Of a stretch of DNA of 64,000 bases, positions 8,777 to 17,791 are shown piece after piece (positions within the stretch are counted from its first letter, which is position 1; the number at the start of each line of letters is the position of its first letter). Source of the stretch: a virus; IMG/VR virus record IMGVR_UViG_3300036823_000301, positions 1 to 64,000 of that record. One strand, 5' to 3'. The position numbers were made by a program, and so were the translations under genes. A model generated the notes under the pieces. It made no database searches, was not told where the DNA came from, and was given only the letters and a program-made list of their open reading frames with translations.

Positions 8777-10152
8777 CCCAAACATTGCTGCTAGGGCCAC
8801 CAGGGACCGGTAAGACCCACCGATTGCTTAATGAGATGGAAAAGGTGTTAGCTAGAGGGGTCAAACCCGAGCACATTGCGTTCTGTTCATTTACCCGAGC
8901 AGCAGTCACTGAAGCCACGGAACGTGCCTGCATCAAGTTTGGTCTTGACCCTCAACAGTTACCGTATTTCCGAACACTACATTCTCTTGCTTTTCGTGAA
9001 CTTGCACTGCGTCGTGTGGACGTGCTCGATCGTGAAGATCTTCATAGATTTGGCGAAGTTGTTGGGGAAAATCTAACAGGCCATCATGATTTGGATTCGC
9101 CTACGTTGGGTGAGGATGGTGATGGTTTTCTATTTTTAGATCAATACGCACGCGCCACTGGTATGGATGTCAAAAGTGCGTGGCACGAAACCGGCCTCGA
9201 AGTTAACTATCATCGTGCCAAGAGATTCGCTGACGCCTACACACTGTTCCGTGACGACATTGGCAAGGTCGATTTTACCGACATGCTCGAACAATATGCT
9301 GCGAGAGGCATCGCACCGAATGTCTCCGTCGCGATCATCGATGAAGCCCAAGATCTAACCCCTCTCGCATGGCAGGTCGTGGATCGTGCATTCGGACAGA
9401 TTGACGATCTCTGGGTGGCTGGTGACGATGACCAGACTCTCTATGGATGGTGCGGTGCAAAATCGGACCGTCTATTCGATTGGGGCGGCCAACGCGAAGT
9501 TCTAAGCCAATCTTATCGCCTTCCTAAAACAATTTTCAATGTTGCTTCAGATGTTGTCGCAAACATAGAAAAGCGGAATCCTAAAACTTGGCATCCACGC
9601 GATGCTGTTGGAGAAGTTGAATATTTGGGAGATATTAATCAGTTAGATCTATCTTCTGGTCGCTGGCTGATGTTAGCTAGGACTCGTTACCAATTGAAAC
9701 AACTGGTGAATATTGCGCGGGCGCAGGGGGTAGCGTATTCGCGGATGGGGCAGCCGGCAATTGACGGTGGTGTCATCCGCGATATCCAGGAATACGAACG
9801 CGATCGTAAGGCTGATCCGACGATGCCTGTCTGGTATGAAGCTATGCATGAAATTCCCGCTGAGGACCGCAGTTATATTCGCGGGTTGCGGCGTCGTGGC
9901 GAAGACGTTTTCAGTATGCGTAAGAAAGGAGATGATCGACACATCGAGCCACGTGTTCGCATCAGCACCATCCACGGAGCTAAGGGGTTAGAGGCCGATA
10001 ATGTATTTCTCTTACCAGAATTGACCAAGCGGGTACGTAAAGGGATGGAATTAAATCCTGATGCCGAACGTAGAGTTCAGTATGTGGCTGTAACGCGTGC
10101 CCGTGAACGTCTTGTCATCTTGAATCCTACGCGTCGTGGCTATCAATTTTAG
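8773..10152 (+). CDS. UvrD/Rep-family SF1A helicase
   Basis: GPPGTGKT, SFTRAA, TLHS, IIDEAQD, AGDDDQ, QSYR, STIHGAKGLE, YVAVTRAR. Confidence 0.92.
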   Translation: MTQTLLLGPPGTGKTHRLLNEMEKVLARGVKPEHIAFCSFTRAAVTEATERACIKFGLDPQQLPYFRTLHSLAFRELALRRVDVLDREDLHRFGEVVGENLTGHHDLDSPTLGEDGDGFLFLDQYARATGMDVKSAWHETGLEVNYHRAKRFADAYTLFRDDIGKVDFTDMLEQYAARGIAPNVSVAIIDEAQDLTPLAWQVVDRAFGQIDDLWVAGDDDQTLYGWCGAKSDRLFDWGGQREVLSQSYRLPKTIFNVASDVVANIEKRNPKTWHPRDAVGEVEYLGDINQLDLSSGRWLMLARTRYQLKQLVNIARAQGVAYSRMGQPAIDGGVIRDIQEYERDRKADPTMPVWYEAMHEIPAEDRSYIRGLRRRGEDVFSMRKKGDDRHIEPRVRISTIHGAKGLEADNVFLLPELTKRVRKGMELNPDAERRVQYVAVTRARERLVILNPTRRGYQF

Positions 10153-10162
10153 CAAAATGGCA

Positions 10163-10192
10163 TTTACAAATCGGCAACACGTCGGCTATAAA
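10163..10192 (+). promoter_or_regulatory. putative promoter (TTTACA family)
   Basis: TTTACA-N18-TATAAA in the intergenic gap. Confidence 0.5.
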
Positions 10193-10202
10193 TAGCTGCG
10201 TT

Positions 10203-10526
10203 TTGAACTTGGAGATTTTGATGACAACTCAACAGCGTAAGCGTCCAGGCGGTGGCAAGCCCCCGAAGTCAGCCACTGAGCTTGGCCAAATTCGAGCGGG
10301 TACCACACGCCACAAGATATTGACTATGATGTCAGACAGTAACGTAAGCCATACGCTTGAAGACATGGCTAATGCCGTCGGTGTGACGGCAACACGAGTC
10401 GCGCAGCACGCCTACTGCTTGTGGCGTGACCTTGGAGTCGGTTATCGCTTACGGCCTGATCACACGCTGATTGCGCTGTATCCCCCTGGCAAATCCTTGA
10501 CCGACGCTGTCAAACATGCCCCGTGA
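10203..10526 (+). CDS. putative winged-helix DNA-binding protein
   Basis: HTLEDMANAVGVTATRVAQHAYCL HTH-like segment. Confidence 0.55.
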   Translation: MNLEILMTTQQRKRPGGGKPPKSATELGQIRAGTTRHKILTMMSDSNVSHTLEDMANAVGVTATRVAQHAYCLWRDLGVGYRLRPDHTLIALYPPGKSLTDAVKHAP

Positions 10527-10701
10527 CGATGAGACAGTTGAACTGGTGCTGGACGTCCTGGGGGAGACTGATCTCGGCTGGAGCGTCAGCGATGGTGATG
10601 ATACAGTTGTCTGGTTGCCCAAATCGCTGGTAGAGCGAATAGGTGATACTTCTGTATTTGTTCTTCCTGGCTGGCTCGCGAAGGACAGGGGGTTCGTGTG
10701 A
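10516..10701 (+). CDS. small conserved phage protein
   Basis: WLPKS...LPGWLAKDRG pattern; overlaps its neighbours in a coupled operon. Confidence 0.6.
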   Translation: MPRDDETVELVLDVLGETDLGWSVSDGDDTVVWLPKSLVERIGDTSVFVLPGWLAKDRGFV

Positions 10702-10907
10702 TATCAGAGCGGAATCATATCGGTAGTAAGATATTCCGAGCGCTGGCAGAAACATCGCCGGTGATCGAGATCGGAGGTACCGACGTGTTCCAACATCTAG
10801 GTATTGGAGATGATGTTGTACTGTCGATCGATGATCTTGAGAACATCACCTACAAGGTCATTGATCGAACAAAGACTCATATTGTGCTTCGTCTCGCTGG
10901 CCCGTGA
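10698..10907 (+). CDS. hypothetical protein
   Basis: GTGA-coupled ORF. Confidence 0.5.
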   Translation: MISERNHIGSKIFRALAETSPVIEIGGTDVFQHLGIGDDVVLSIDDLENITYKVIDRTKTHIVLRLAGP

Positions 10908-11128
10908 ATCATCGTGTCATAAGATCACGCAAACTGAAAGGTAGAGAACCGGCTAGCTGGTGTTGCCAGTTAGCGTGTGGGCATCATGTTGAAGTTGTCC
11001 AGAAAGGTTGGCCCAGAGAGCTGGAATGCCCCCTGTGCCCGCCATCCGGACCAGAGTTTGATTTGCGGCAGATACCAATGTTTCCAGAGCTAGGTAGGGG
11101 TAACGATGACCATCGCGGCAAAAGTTAA
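10904..11128 (+). CDS. hypothetical zinc-binding protein
   Basis: LACGH...CPLC; GTGA-coupled. Confidence 0.5.
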   Translation: MNHRVIRSRKLKGREPASWCCQLACGHHVEVVQKGWPRELECPLCPPSGPEFDLRQIPMFPELGRGNDDHRGKS

Positions 11129-11405
11129 TTACGTAGGAAGTCAGTCTCAGTACCGTAAACACACTTGTCATTGGCCGGGTTGTGAGATCGCTGTCCCCCC
11201 TGCCATGTGGGGCTGTCGGATGCATTGGTTTTCGTTACCGACGATTCTACGGAATCAGATTTGGGCTGCTTACCGTCCGGGCCAAGAGATCACTGGTAAA
11301 CCATCCCGTGAATACGTCACTGTGGCAGTTAATGTTCGTGACTGGATAATCAATAATACGAAAAGGCTATCTAATGAGCGTGATTTATACACACTTGACG
11401 TATGA
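11106..11405 (+). CDS. conserved phage Cys/His-rich protein
   Basis: HTCHWPGC...MWGCRMHW...YRPGQE. Confidence 0.6.
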   Translation: MTIAAKVNYVGSQSQYRKHTCHWPGCEIAVPPAMWGCRMHWFSLPTILRNQIWAAYRPGQEITGKPSREYVTVAVNVRDWIINNTKRLSNERDLYTLDV

Positions 11406-11574
11406 ACAGTTTAAGAATCTCGAAGATCAGATGAAAGAATTCCATGAAACGTCTCATAAGACGACTGGTGGATTTTATCATAAGTCAATACGACTGCGAG
11501 TCACAGACGACCTCATTATGGAATTTCACGGCCCATTGGTAGGAGGTTACGGACATGACGAAGAGCCACAATAA
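11374..11574 (+). CDS. hypothetical protein
   Basis: 66-aa ORF in the operon. Confidence 0.5.
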   Translation: MSVIYTHLTYEQFKNLEDQMKEFHETSHKTTGGFYHKSIRLRVTDDLIMEFHGPLVGGYGHDEEPQ

Positions 11575-11833
11575 TCAAAATGACGACGTGTTGGCCAAAG
11601 TGATTGTAAGCATCGACCATTCGGTCGAACCGATAGACGATCGCATTGGATTCGTTAGTGTCTCTATGGCCACGATGTGTCAGTGCCCGCAATGTTGTGA
11701 GCGGGATGCCGTGCTGATCGTGGCCGCCGTGATGGGGTTGGCTCATGCCGGGGGCGTGGAATTTACCCAGATACTGAATCAAGCCCAAGCTATGCTCGCC
11801 TCTGAACGACCTCCGAATATGCTGGTGCATTGA
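11555..11833 (+). CDS. hypothetical protein
   Basis: 92-aa ORF with AGGAGG upstream. Confidence 0.5.
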   Translation: MTKSHNNQNDDVLAKVIVSIDHSVEPIDDRIGFVSVSMATMCQCPQCCERDAVLIVAAVMGLAHAGGVEFTQILNQAQAMLASERPPNMLVH

Positions 11834-11874
11834 CGACGCGGATTTGTTCAGCTTGAGAAAAATGGGAGTCTCTT

Positions 11875-13704
11875 GTGATTGATCCAGCAGATATTGAAAT
11901 CGATCTGTCACGTGACGCGATTATCACCCCATTAGGTCATCTGACTTTACATGACCGCTATATGGTTAACGGGGAGACGTCGCCGCAGCAGGCATTTGCC
12001 CGTGTCTGTGCCGCTTTTGGTGATGATCTCGAACATGCTCAACGACTCTATGAATACGCCAGCAAACAGTGGTTCGGGTTTGCTACCCCTGTTCTCGCCA
12101 ACGGCGGGACGCGACGTGGTCTACCGATTAGTTGCTTCTTGAATGATGTAGAAGATTCGCGCGGTGGAATACTTCAACACTATACCGAAAATGGTTGGCT
12201 GAGTTCGGTCGGTGGTGGTATCGGCGCCTATGTTGGAGGCATCCGATCGAACGGGCAGAAGACGCGCTATGGTAGCGAATCCAGTGGGCTGATTCCGTTT
12301 ATCAAGCCAATGGATTCTATTATCCTAGCCTTCGCACAAGGCTCGACCCGTCGGGGATCTTACGCAGCCTATGTGGACATCGATCACCCGGAAGTCGAAG
12401 AATTCATCGTCATGCGCAAGCCGCAAGGCGGCGATTCTAATCGTAAGACACTGAATCTCCACCACGGTTTGATGGTGTCTGACGCATTTATGGCAATCAT
12501 CGACCGGTGCACGGCCGATCGTGACGCGGACGATTCCTGGCCCCTGGTTGACCCCCACACGAATCAGGTCGTCAAGACGATTTCAGCGCGCGCTTTGTGG
12601 CGGAGTATTCTGGAAACGCGCATCGAAACAGGGGAGCCGTATCTGATCTTTTCGGGAGCTGTCAATCGCGCCTTCCCCCCTGAACAGACCGCGTTAGGGT
12701 TGCGGTGTAAGAATAGCAATCTTTGTACCGAAATAACTTTGGCTACTGGTCAGGATATTTATGGGCGCAAGCGCACCGCGGTTTGTTGCCTTTCCAGTTT
12801 GAATTTGGCGACATATGCGCAATGGGGTGGCAAACCCTGCGAGCAATTGGTCGAAGACATGCTCCGCATGCTGGATAATGTGCTGACGTCCTTCATAACG
12901 CTAGCTCCCCCTGAACTAGGTGATGCTGTCTACAGTGCAAGTCGGGAACGCTCAGTTGGCCTGGGTGTCATGGGCTGGCACACCTTCTTACAAGACCAGA
13001 GCATGCCGTTCGATTCAGATCGAGCAACCTTCTGGAATGATGTCATCTTCAGACGCTTGCGTGCATATGCTGACAAAGCCAATGCGAAGCTGGCAATTGA
13101 GCGCGGCCCCTGCCCTGATTCGCTTGAGGGGGGGCAGGGGGATAAGCGGTTTATGCATGTTTTGGCGATCGCCCCAAACGCGACCAGCTCAATTATCTGC
13201 GGAGAGGTCTCCCCCGGCATAGAGCCGTCAGCTGCCAACGCATTCACATCGAAAACCCTATCAGGTAGTGGTTTTGTCAAAAATAAATTACTACAAAAGC
13301 TCTTAGCTGGCATCGACCAAGACACCGACGAAGTATGGTCGAATATTGTTACCCGGCGTGGATCAGTTCAGCACCTAGATTTCCTTACGTCTGAACAAAA
13401 ACTAATTTTCCGGACCGCTATGGAGATTGATCAGCTAGCCATTATCAAATTGGCCGCGCAACGCACTCCATATATTTGCCAAGCAGCTTCAACAAATCTG
13501 TTTTTTGCTGGCAATGCAAACGTCAAAGACGTGCATTTCGCCCATCTAGCTGCCTGGAAATTCGGATTGAAATCGCTCTACTACTGCCGTAGCAAGAGTG
13601 TGCGATCTGCGGAAATCCTCTCCCATGCCGTCGTCCTAAAGCCGATCGAAATGTCGGATATCGAGGCGGTTATGAATTCGGATTGCGTTGCTTGTCAGGG
13701 CTGA
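11875..13704 (+). CDS. nrdA: ribonucleotide reductase class I alpha subunit
   Basis: ATPVLAN, LPISCFL, QGSTRRGS, GEPY, SNLCTEI, VCCLSSLNL, IAPNA, KSLYY, C-terminal CVACQG. Confidence 0.97.
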   Translation: MIDPADIEIDLSRDAIITPLGHLTLHDRYMVNGETSPQQAFARVCAAFGDDLEHAQRLYEYASKQWFGFATPVLANGGTRRGLPISCFLNDVEDSRGGILQHYTENGWLSSVGGGIGAYVGGIRSNGQKTRYGSESSGLIPFIKPMDSIILAFAQGSTRRGSYAAYVDIDHPEVEEFIVMRKPQGGDSNRKTLNLHHGLMVSDAFMAIIDRCTADRDADDSWPLVDPHTNQVVKTISARALWRSILETRIETGEPYLIFSGAVNRAFPPEQTALGLRCKNSNLCTEITLATGQDIYGRKRTAVCCLSSLNLATYAQWGGKPCEQLVEDMLRMLDNVLTSFITLAPPELGDAVYSASRERSVGLGVMGWHTFLQDQSMPFDSDRATFWNDVIFRRLRAYADKANAKLAIERGPCPDSLEGGQGDKRFMHVLAIAPNATSSIICGEVSPGIEPSAANAFTSKTLSGSGFVKNKLLQKLLAGIDQDTDEVWSNIVTRRGSVQHLDFLTSEQKLIFRTAMEIDQLAIIKLAAQRTPYICQAASTNLFFAGNANVKDVHFAHLAAWKFGLKSLYYCRSKSVRSAEILSHAVVLKPIEMSDIEAVMNSDCVACQG

Positions 13705-13714
13705 GGAGTCGCAA

Positions 13715-14680
13715 ATGAGTTTGCTAGATAGCCGCGAATATTATAAACCATTCCACTATGGCTGGGCGTTTGATGGGTATCAGCTTCAGAAGAAAATTGA
13801 ATGGTTGCCTGAAGAGGTGCCGCTACTGAACGACGTGAAGGATTGGAATCTGCGGCTGTCACCCCCTGAACGTAATCTTCTGACGCAAATCTTCCGGTTT
13901 TTCACGCAGACAGACGCCGACATTGCAAGCGGATACTATGAGCGGTTCCTGCCGAAATTTGGGCATCCCGAGATACGTATGATGATGGGTGCGTTTGCCT
14001 CGATGGAAGCGACTCATATGCACGCCTATTCGATGTTGCTCGACACCGTTGGTATGCCTGAGTCAGAATATCGTGCATTTCACTCTTATAAAGAAATGCG
14101 TGCTAAGCATGAATTCATGTTCCGGAACCGACAAAACCCTGATCCAATTCGGAATCTAGCGATTGATCTGGCAGTCTTTTCTGCTTTCGGTGAAGGCATG
14201 CAGCTATTTTCGTCGTTTGCGATTCTTCAGAATTTTGCCCGTTACGGCAAAATGCAGGGCATGAATTCGATCATCACCTATTCGATTCGCGATGAGAGTT
14301 TACACGTCGAATATATGATTAAGCTATTCAGAGCGTTGCTTGACGAAAATCCGCATCTCTCAGGACAGAACCTCTATCCCGAGATAGCGCACATCGCCCA
14401 GGAGATGGTCGAGCTAGAGGATCACTTTATTGACCTTGCGTTTGAGCAGGGGGGAATCGAAGGTTTATCGCCGGAGGACGTAAAGCTCCATATCCGCCAT
14501 ATCGCGGACCGCCGGATGGAACAGCTTGGCTACCATCCGATCTATGGACAACGTGTCACCCCCCTGTCCTGGATCGATCACATCGTCAACGGTGCAGAAC
14601 ACGTCAACTTTTTCGAACAACGCTCGACAGATTATGCCAAATCGAGCTTGAGTGGTGACTGGGGAGATATCGGCTTCTAA
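13715..14680 (+). CDS. nrdB: ribonucleotide reductase class I beta subunit
   Basis: W-LPEEV, FFTQTD, EATHMHAYS, EGMQLFSSF, RDESLH, NFFE; GAGGAG RBS before ATG 13715. Confidence 0.97.
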   Translation: MSLLDSREYYKPFHYGWAFDGYQLQKKIEWLPEEVPLLNDVKDWNLRLSPPERNLLTQIFRFFTQTDADIASGYYERFLPKFGHPEIRMMMGAFASMEATHMHAYSMLLDTVGMPESEYRAFHSYKEMRAKHEFMFRNRQNPDPIRNLAIDLAVFSAFGEGMQLFSSFAILQNFARYGKMQGMNSIITYSIRDESLHVEYMIKLFRALLDENPHLSGQNLYPEIAHIAQEMVELEDHFIDLAFEQGGIEGLSPEDVKLHIRHIADRRMEQLGYHPIYGQRVTPLSWIDHIVNGAEHVNFFEQRSTDYAKSSLSGDWGDIGF

Positions 14681-14697
14681 TAGATGGAGAGTATCAG

Positions 14698-15552
14698 ATG
14701 ACAACAACTGTAAGAGTTATAGCAGACAGCTATTACGATCACGGTGTTCGCCTCACAACATTACAATTGAAATACCCGCGCTTCATTCATCCGGAATTTT
14801 TGACTCATCGTGTGTTTTCAAGAAACGCGAGCTCTTCGCGGGCAACCCCTGTTGAGCGTATCATCGAATCGCTTGAGCGCGATCCAGTACGTCCATGTGA
14901 ATGGGGTAAAAACAGACCTGGTATGCAGGCACATGAAATTTTCGACCCTCTCGAAGTTTTTGAATTGGAGAGTTTATGGATAGACGCCATGGCCGAGATG
15001 GTTCGTGTGGCCAAGAATATGGTAGCTCGTGGTGTACACAAATCCATCGTGAATCGACTATTGGAGCCATGGTCCCATATCAATGTGATTGTGACATCGA
15101 CAGAGTGGTCAAACTTTGAAGAATTGCGTTGCCATCCAGACGCCGCACCGGAAATGCAAGAATTGGCTCAAGCCATTCGTGATGAGATGGTGTTAAGTGG
15201 CCCACAAATTCTACATGCTGGTGAATGGCATATTCCATATGTCAACTTGATTGAACGCAGTCAGCTGAATCTACAGGCACAGTTGAAAATAAGTGTGGCT
15301 CGCTGCGCACGTGTGTCGTTTTTGACACACGAAGGCAAAGTACCTCAAACTGCTAAGGATTTGGAGCTTTACGATCGTTTGGTTGGTGCGAAGCCGCTGC
15401 ATGCCAGCCCATCCGAACATCAAGCTACCCCTGATCCGACGAATGCTCACTGTTCCGAGCATGGTAATTTTCGTGGCTGGCGGCAATTCCGCAAAATTCT
15501 GGAGAAAGATTCGACACTTTTAGCTTTACAGCAGACCGCCATAGCAGTATGA
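14698..15552 (+). CDS. thyX: flavin-dependent thymidylate synthase (ThyX/Thy1, phage type)
   Basis: THRVFSRNASSSRA (RHRxxSxxxxSxR-like), HKSIVNRLLEP, SVARCARVS, HASPSEH. Confidence 0.88.
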   Translation: MTTTVRVIADSYYDHGVRLTTLQLKYPRFIHPEFLTHRVFSRNASSSRATPVERIIESLERDPVRPCEWGKNRPGMQAHEIFDPLEVFELESLWIDAMAEMVRVAKNMVARGVHKSIVNRLLEPWSHINVIVTSTEWSNFEELRCHPDAAPEMQELAQAIRDEMVLSGPQILHAGEWHIPYVNLIERSQLNLQAQLKISVARCARVSFLTHEGKVPQTAKDLELYDRLVGAKPLHASPSEHQATPDPTNAHCSEHGNFRGWRQFRKILEKDSTLLALQQTAIAV

Positions 15553-15553
15553 A
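15525..15553 (+). promoter_or_regulatory. putative promoter of the Y RNA-Ro60 locus
   Basis: TTTACA-N17-TATGAA; predicted +1 falls at ~15558-15560, the 5' end of the first Y RNA. Confidence 0.55.
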
Positions 15554-15557
15554 GTCT

Positions 15558-15691
15558 GTGTCGAGTCGGATGAGGTTGATTATCCTTTTGGCGGACGAGG
15601 TCGAAGGTTCGAGTCCTTCTCCTAGGGTAAATCCTAGGGTAGCTCAGCTGGTAGAGCGCGCGTATATCAACTTTGAATTTTTACTCGACAC
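15558..15691 (+). ncRNA. yrlA: YrlA-type Y RNA (Ro60-binding stem plus circularly permuted tRNA-like domain)
   Basis: Terminal stem GTGTCGAGT(15558-66)/ACTCGACAC(15683-91) with bulged C; T-arm GAAGG-TTCGAGT-CCTTC; loop-closed acceptor-like stem TCCTAGGG-TAAA-TCCTAGGG; D-arm GCTC-AGCTGGTA-GAGC; order T-acceptor-D; adjacent to a TROVE gene. Confidence 0.9.
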
Positions 15692-15706
15692 TGAAGTTTG
15701 TTTGTT

Positions 15707-15773
15707 GGTGACAGTCGGATGAGTTCGTTTATCGCTAGGATGATCGCGAATTCATAAAATACTTACTGTCGCT
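15707..15773 (+). ncRNA. minimal Y-RNA-like hairpin 2
   Basis: GGTGACAGT-C-GG.../...CTT-ACTGTCGCT terminal stem; inner stem ATGAGTTCG/CGAATTCAT; shared TTATC motif. Confidence 0.75.
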
Positions 15774-15780
15774 CTAAATC

Positions 15781-15857
15781 GTGATGCTAGTCGGGTAGTG
15801 TCGTTTATCAGTTATCAACTGATCCAACGTGTGACATTAAAGACTTACTAGCATCAC
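15781..15857 (+). ncRNA. minimal Y-RNA-like hairpin 3
   Basis: GTGATGCTAGT-C-GG.../...CTT-ACTAGCATCAC terminal stem; inner stem TAGTGTCG/TGACATTA; TT-ATCAGTT/AACTGAT hairpin. Confidence 0.75.
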
Positions 15858-15862
15858 TTTAC

Positions 15863-15901
15863 AACGGCCCGGACAACTAGCCCCTCTGTCCGGGCCGTTT
15901 T
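15863..15901 (+). terminator. intrinsic terminator or processing hairpin between the Y RNAs and Ro60
   Basis: AACGGCCCGGACA-(11 nt)-TGTCCGGGCCGTT, ending in a 4-T tract. Confidence 0.6.
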
Positions 15902-15923
15902 GATTCTATCGAAGGAATAGAAG

Positions 15924-17561
15924 ATGACCAACGTGTATGTGAAGAACCGTAAGTCCGTTCTGACACCGCAGAACCAGCCGATTCCAGGCCGTGAAGCTGA
16001 AATGGTGCCGAATAATGCCGGCGGCTACAGCTTTGAGCTGGATGATTGGGAACGTTTGAATCGCTTTTTGATTCTGGGTAGTGAAAAAGGTACTTATTAT
16101 GTAGGCCAAGAAAAACTTAAAGAGCAAAATGCGACCTGTGTGATTCGCTGCATCAAAGCGGATGGTGTGCGCGTTGCTGATGCCGCTGCGATGATCAATA
16201 TCTCTAATCGCACGCCGAAGGTTGACCAGCAGCTGTTTGTTCTGGCTTTGTGCTTAAAGCATGGGGACATCGCTACCCGACGTCGTGTAGCGGAGCTGGT
16301 GCCATCAGTTGTCAGAATTGGTATGCATTTGCTGCATTTCGCGGCGATGGTGGATTCGCTTGGTGGCTGGGGAAACCTCAAAAAGCGGATCTTTGCTGAC
16401 TGGTTTCTAAACAAGTCGCCGGATGATGTGGCATTTCAGATCCTGAAGTACCGGAATCGGGATGGGTGGACCATGCGCGATATCCTGCGTCTGGCGCATC
16501 CTAAACCAGAATTTTCCGGCCATATGGCGTTGTTTGCATGGGTCACCGGTAAGCTGACAAATCTTGACCATCTACCCCGAATCATCGCTGATTATCTTGA
16601 TGTGACGACAGGCACCTTCGAGACCCCTGTTCAGCAAGCGCTGGCTGGCATTGCCAGGGGGCTACCACGTGAGTGCCTACCAACGGAGGCACTAGCGGAT
16701 AAGGCCGTCTGGAGCCGGTTGCTAAGGCTCACGCCGCCACATGCCTTAATCCGGAATCTCGCAACGATCACGGCCAATGGCACCATTGTCGCCGGGAATG
16801 CTGACGCGTGCTATGTGGTCGAACGTTTGGAAGATGCCGGGTCTTTGGCGCGGGCACGGGTGCACCCATTCGCGCTCCTATTGGCGGCGCTCATCTATAG
16901 GCAAGGACACGGATTCAAAGGCACGTTGAGCTGGCTCCCCCTGCCATCTGTTGTGGGTGCATTAGACAATGCTTACGACGCTGCCTTCGCCACGATCCTG
17001 CCGACGAACAAGCGGATCTTGATCGGAGTGGATACATCAAGATCGATGAGCGGTTCTTGCACAGGGACTCCGATCGACTGTGCCACGGCAGCGGCTGCGA
17101 TGGCGATCACGTTGGCCAGAAACGAACCTGCGGCAACTGTCGTGCGGTTTGATACCTGTGTCAGATCTATCCTACCGGTGACTCTTCGTACCGGAATCAG
17201 CGATTTAAGATCGACGTCAGGGGGAGGCACCGACATATCCGCTCCAATCCGTTGGGCCTCTGGCGACAAGAGTGTATCAACGTCACGTTGGGGCCAGCGT
17301 GACGAGGGCTTAATGAGCGAAGTGAGGATATTCGACGCTTTCATCATATTGACTGATAATGAGACATGGGCTGGATCTGGTCATCCTTCACAGGCCCTGG
17401 TGGAATACCGTAAGAAAGTCAATCCACAAGCCAAGCTAATTTGCTGTTCGATGGCCGCGAACCATGCCAACATTGTTGACCCGGAAGATGGTGGATCGTT
17501 CGGCACCGCCGGGCTTGATGCCCATTTACCAAATTTGGTCAGAGACTTTTTGAGCTCTTGA
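15924..17561 (+). CDS. rsr: Ro60/Rsr TROVE-vWA RNA-binding protein
   Basis: NNAGGYSF...RLNRFLILGSE.GTYY, GGWG, KYRNRDGW..RDILRLAHPKP, ALIRNL, RVHP, MIDAS DTSRS, GGTD, ILTDNETW. Confidence 0.96.
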   Translation: MTNVYVKNRKSVLTPQNQPIPGREAEMVPNNAGGYSFELDDWERLNRFLILGSEKGTYYVGQEKLKEQNATCVIRCIKADGVRVADAAAMINISNRTPKVDQQLFVLALCLKHGDIATRRRVAELVPSVVRIGMHLLHFAAMVDSLGGWGNLKKRIFADWFLNKSPDDVAFQILKYRNRDGWTMRDILRLAHPKPEFSGHMALFAWVTGKLTNLDHLPRIIADYLDVTTGTFETPVQQALAGIARGLPRECLPTEALADKAVWSRLLRLTPPHALIRNLATITANGTIVAGNADACYVVERLEDAGSLARARVHPFALLLAALIYRQGHGFKGTLSWLPLPSVVGALDNAYDAAFATILPTNKRILIGVDTSRSMSGSCTGTPIDCATAAAAMAITLARNEPAATVVRFDTCVRSILPVTLRTGISDLRSTSGGGTDISAPIRWASGDKSVSTSRWGQRDEGLMSEVRIFDAFIILTDNETWAGSGHPSQALVEYRKKVNPQAKLICCSMAANHANIVDPEDGGSFGTAGLDAHLPNLVRDFLSS

Positions 17562-17791
17562 TGATAACTAACCCAGTGAAAACCTTAAAGGTTTTCGAAA
17601 TTGAATGGCGATCACGGGCTTATCTTATGGCTATCAATGCGAGAGATTTGAGCAAACAGGCATTGCAAAATGCTAAAAACGTCGCTAGCCTTGAACTTGC
17701 CGGTGCGTTGCGCCAGCGCGTTATCGATGACCTGGATGATTTGTTGAAAATTAACAAATCAAAATCGAAGAGAGGACGGGATGATGGTTGA
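17558..17791 (+). CDS. hypothetical protein
   Basis: 77-aa ORF coupled to rsr. Confidence 0.5.
   Translation: MMITNPVKTLKVFEIEWRSRAYLMAINARDLSKQALQNAKNVASLELAGALRQRVIDDLDDLLKINKSKSKRGRDDG

Noticed and set aside
15596-15663. Canonical tRNA gene
   Set aside because: The T arm precedes the D arm, the acceptor stem is closed by a loop, and there is no anticodon arm or CCA; it fits YrlA instead
15558-15857. CRISPR-like mini-array
   Set aside because: The units share structure and short motifs, not identical direct repeats with spacers; no cas genes
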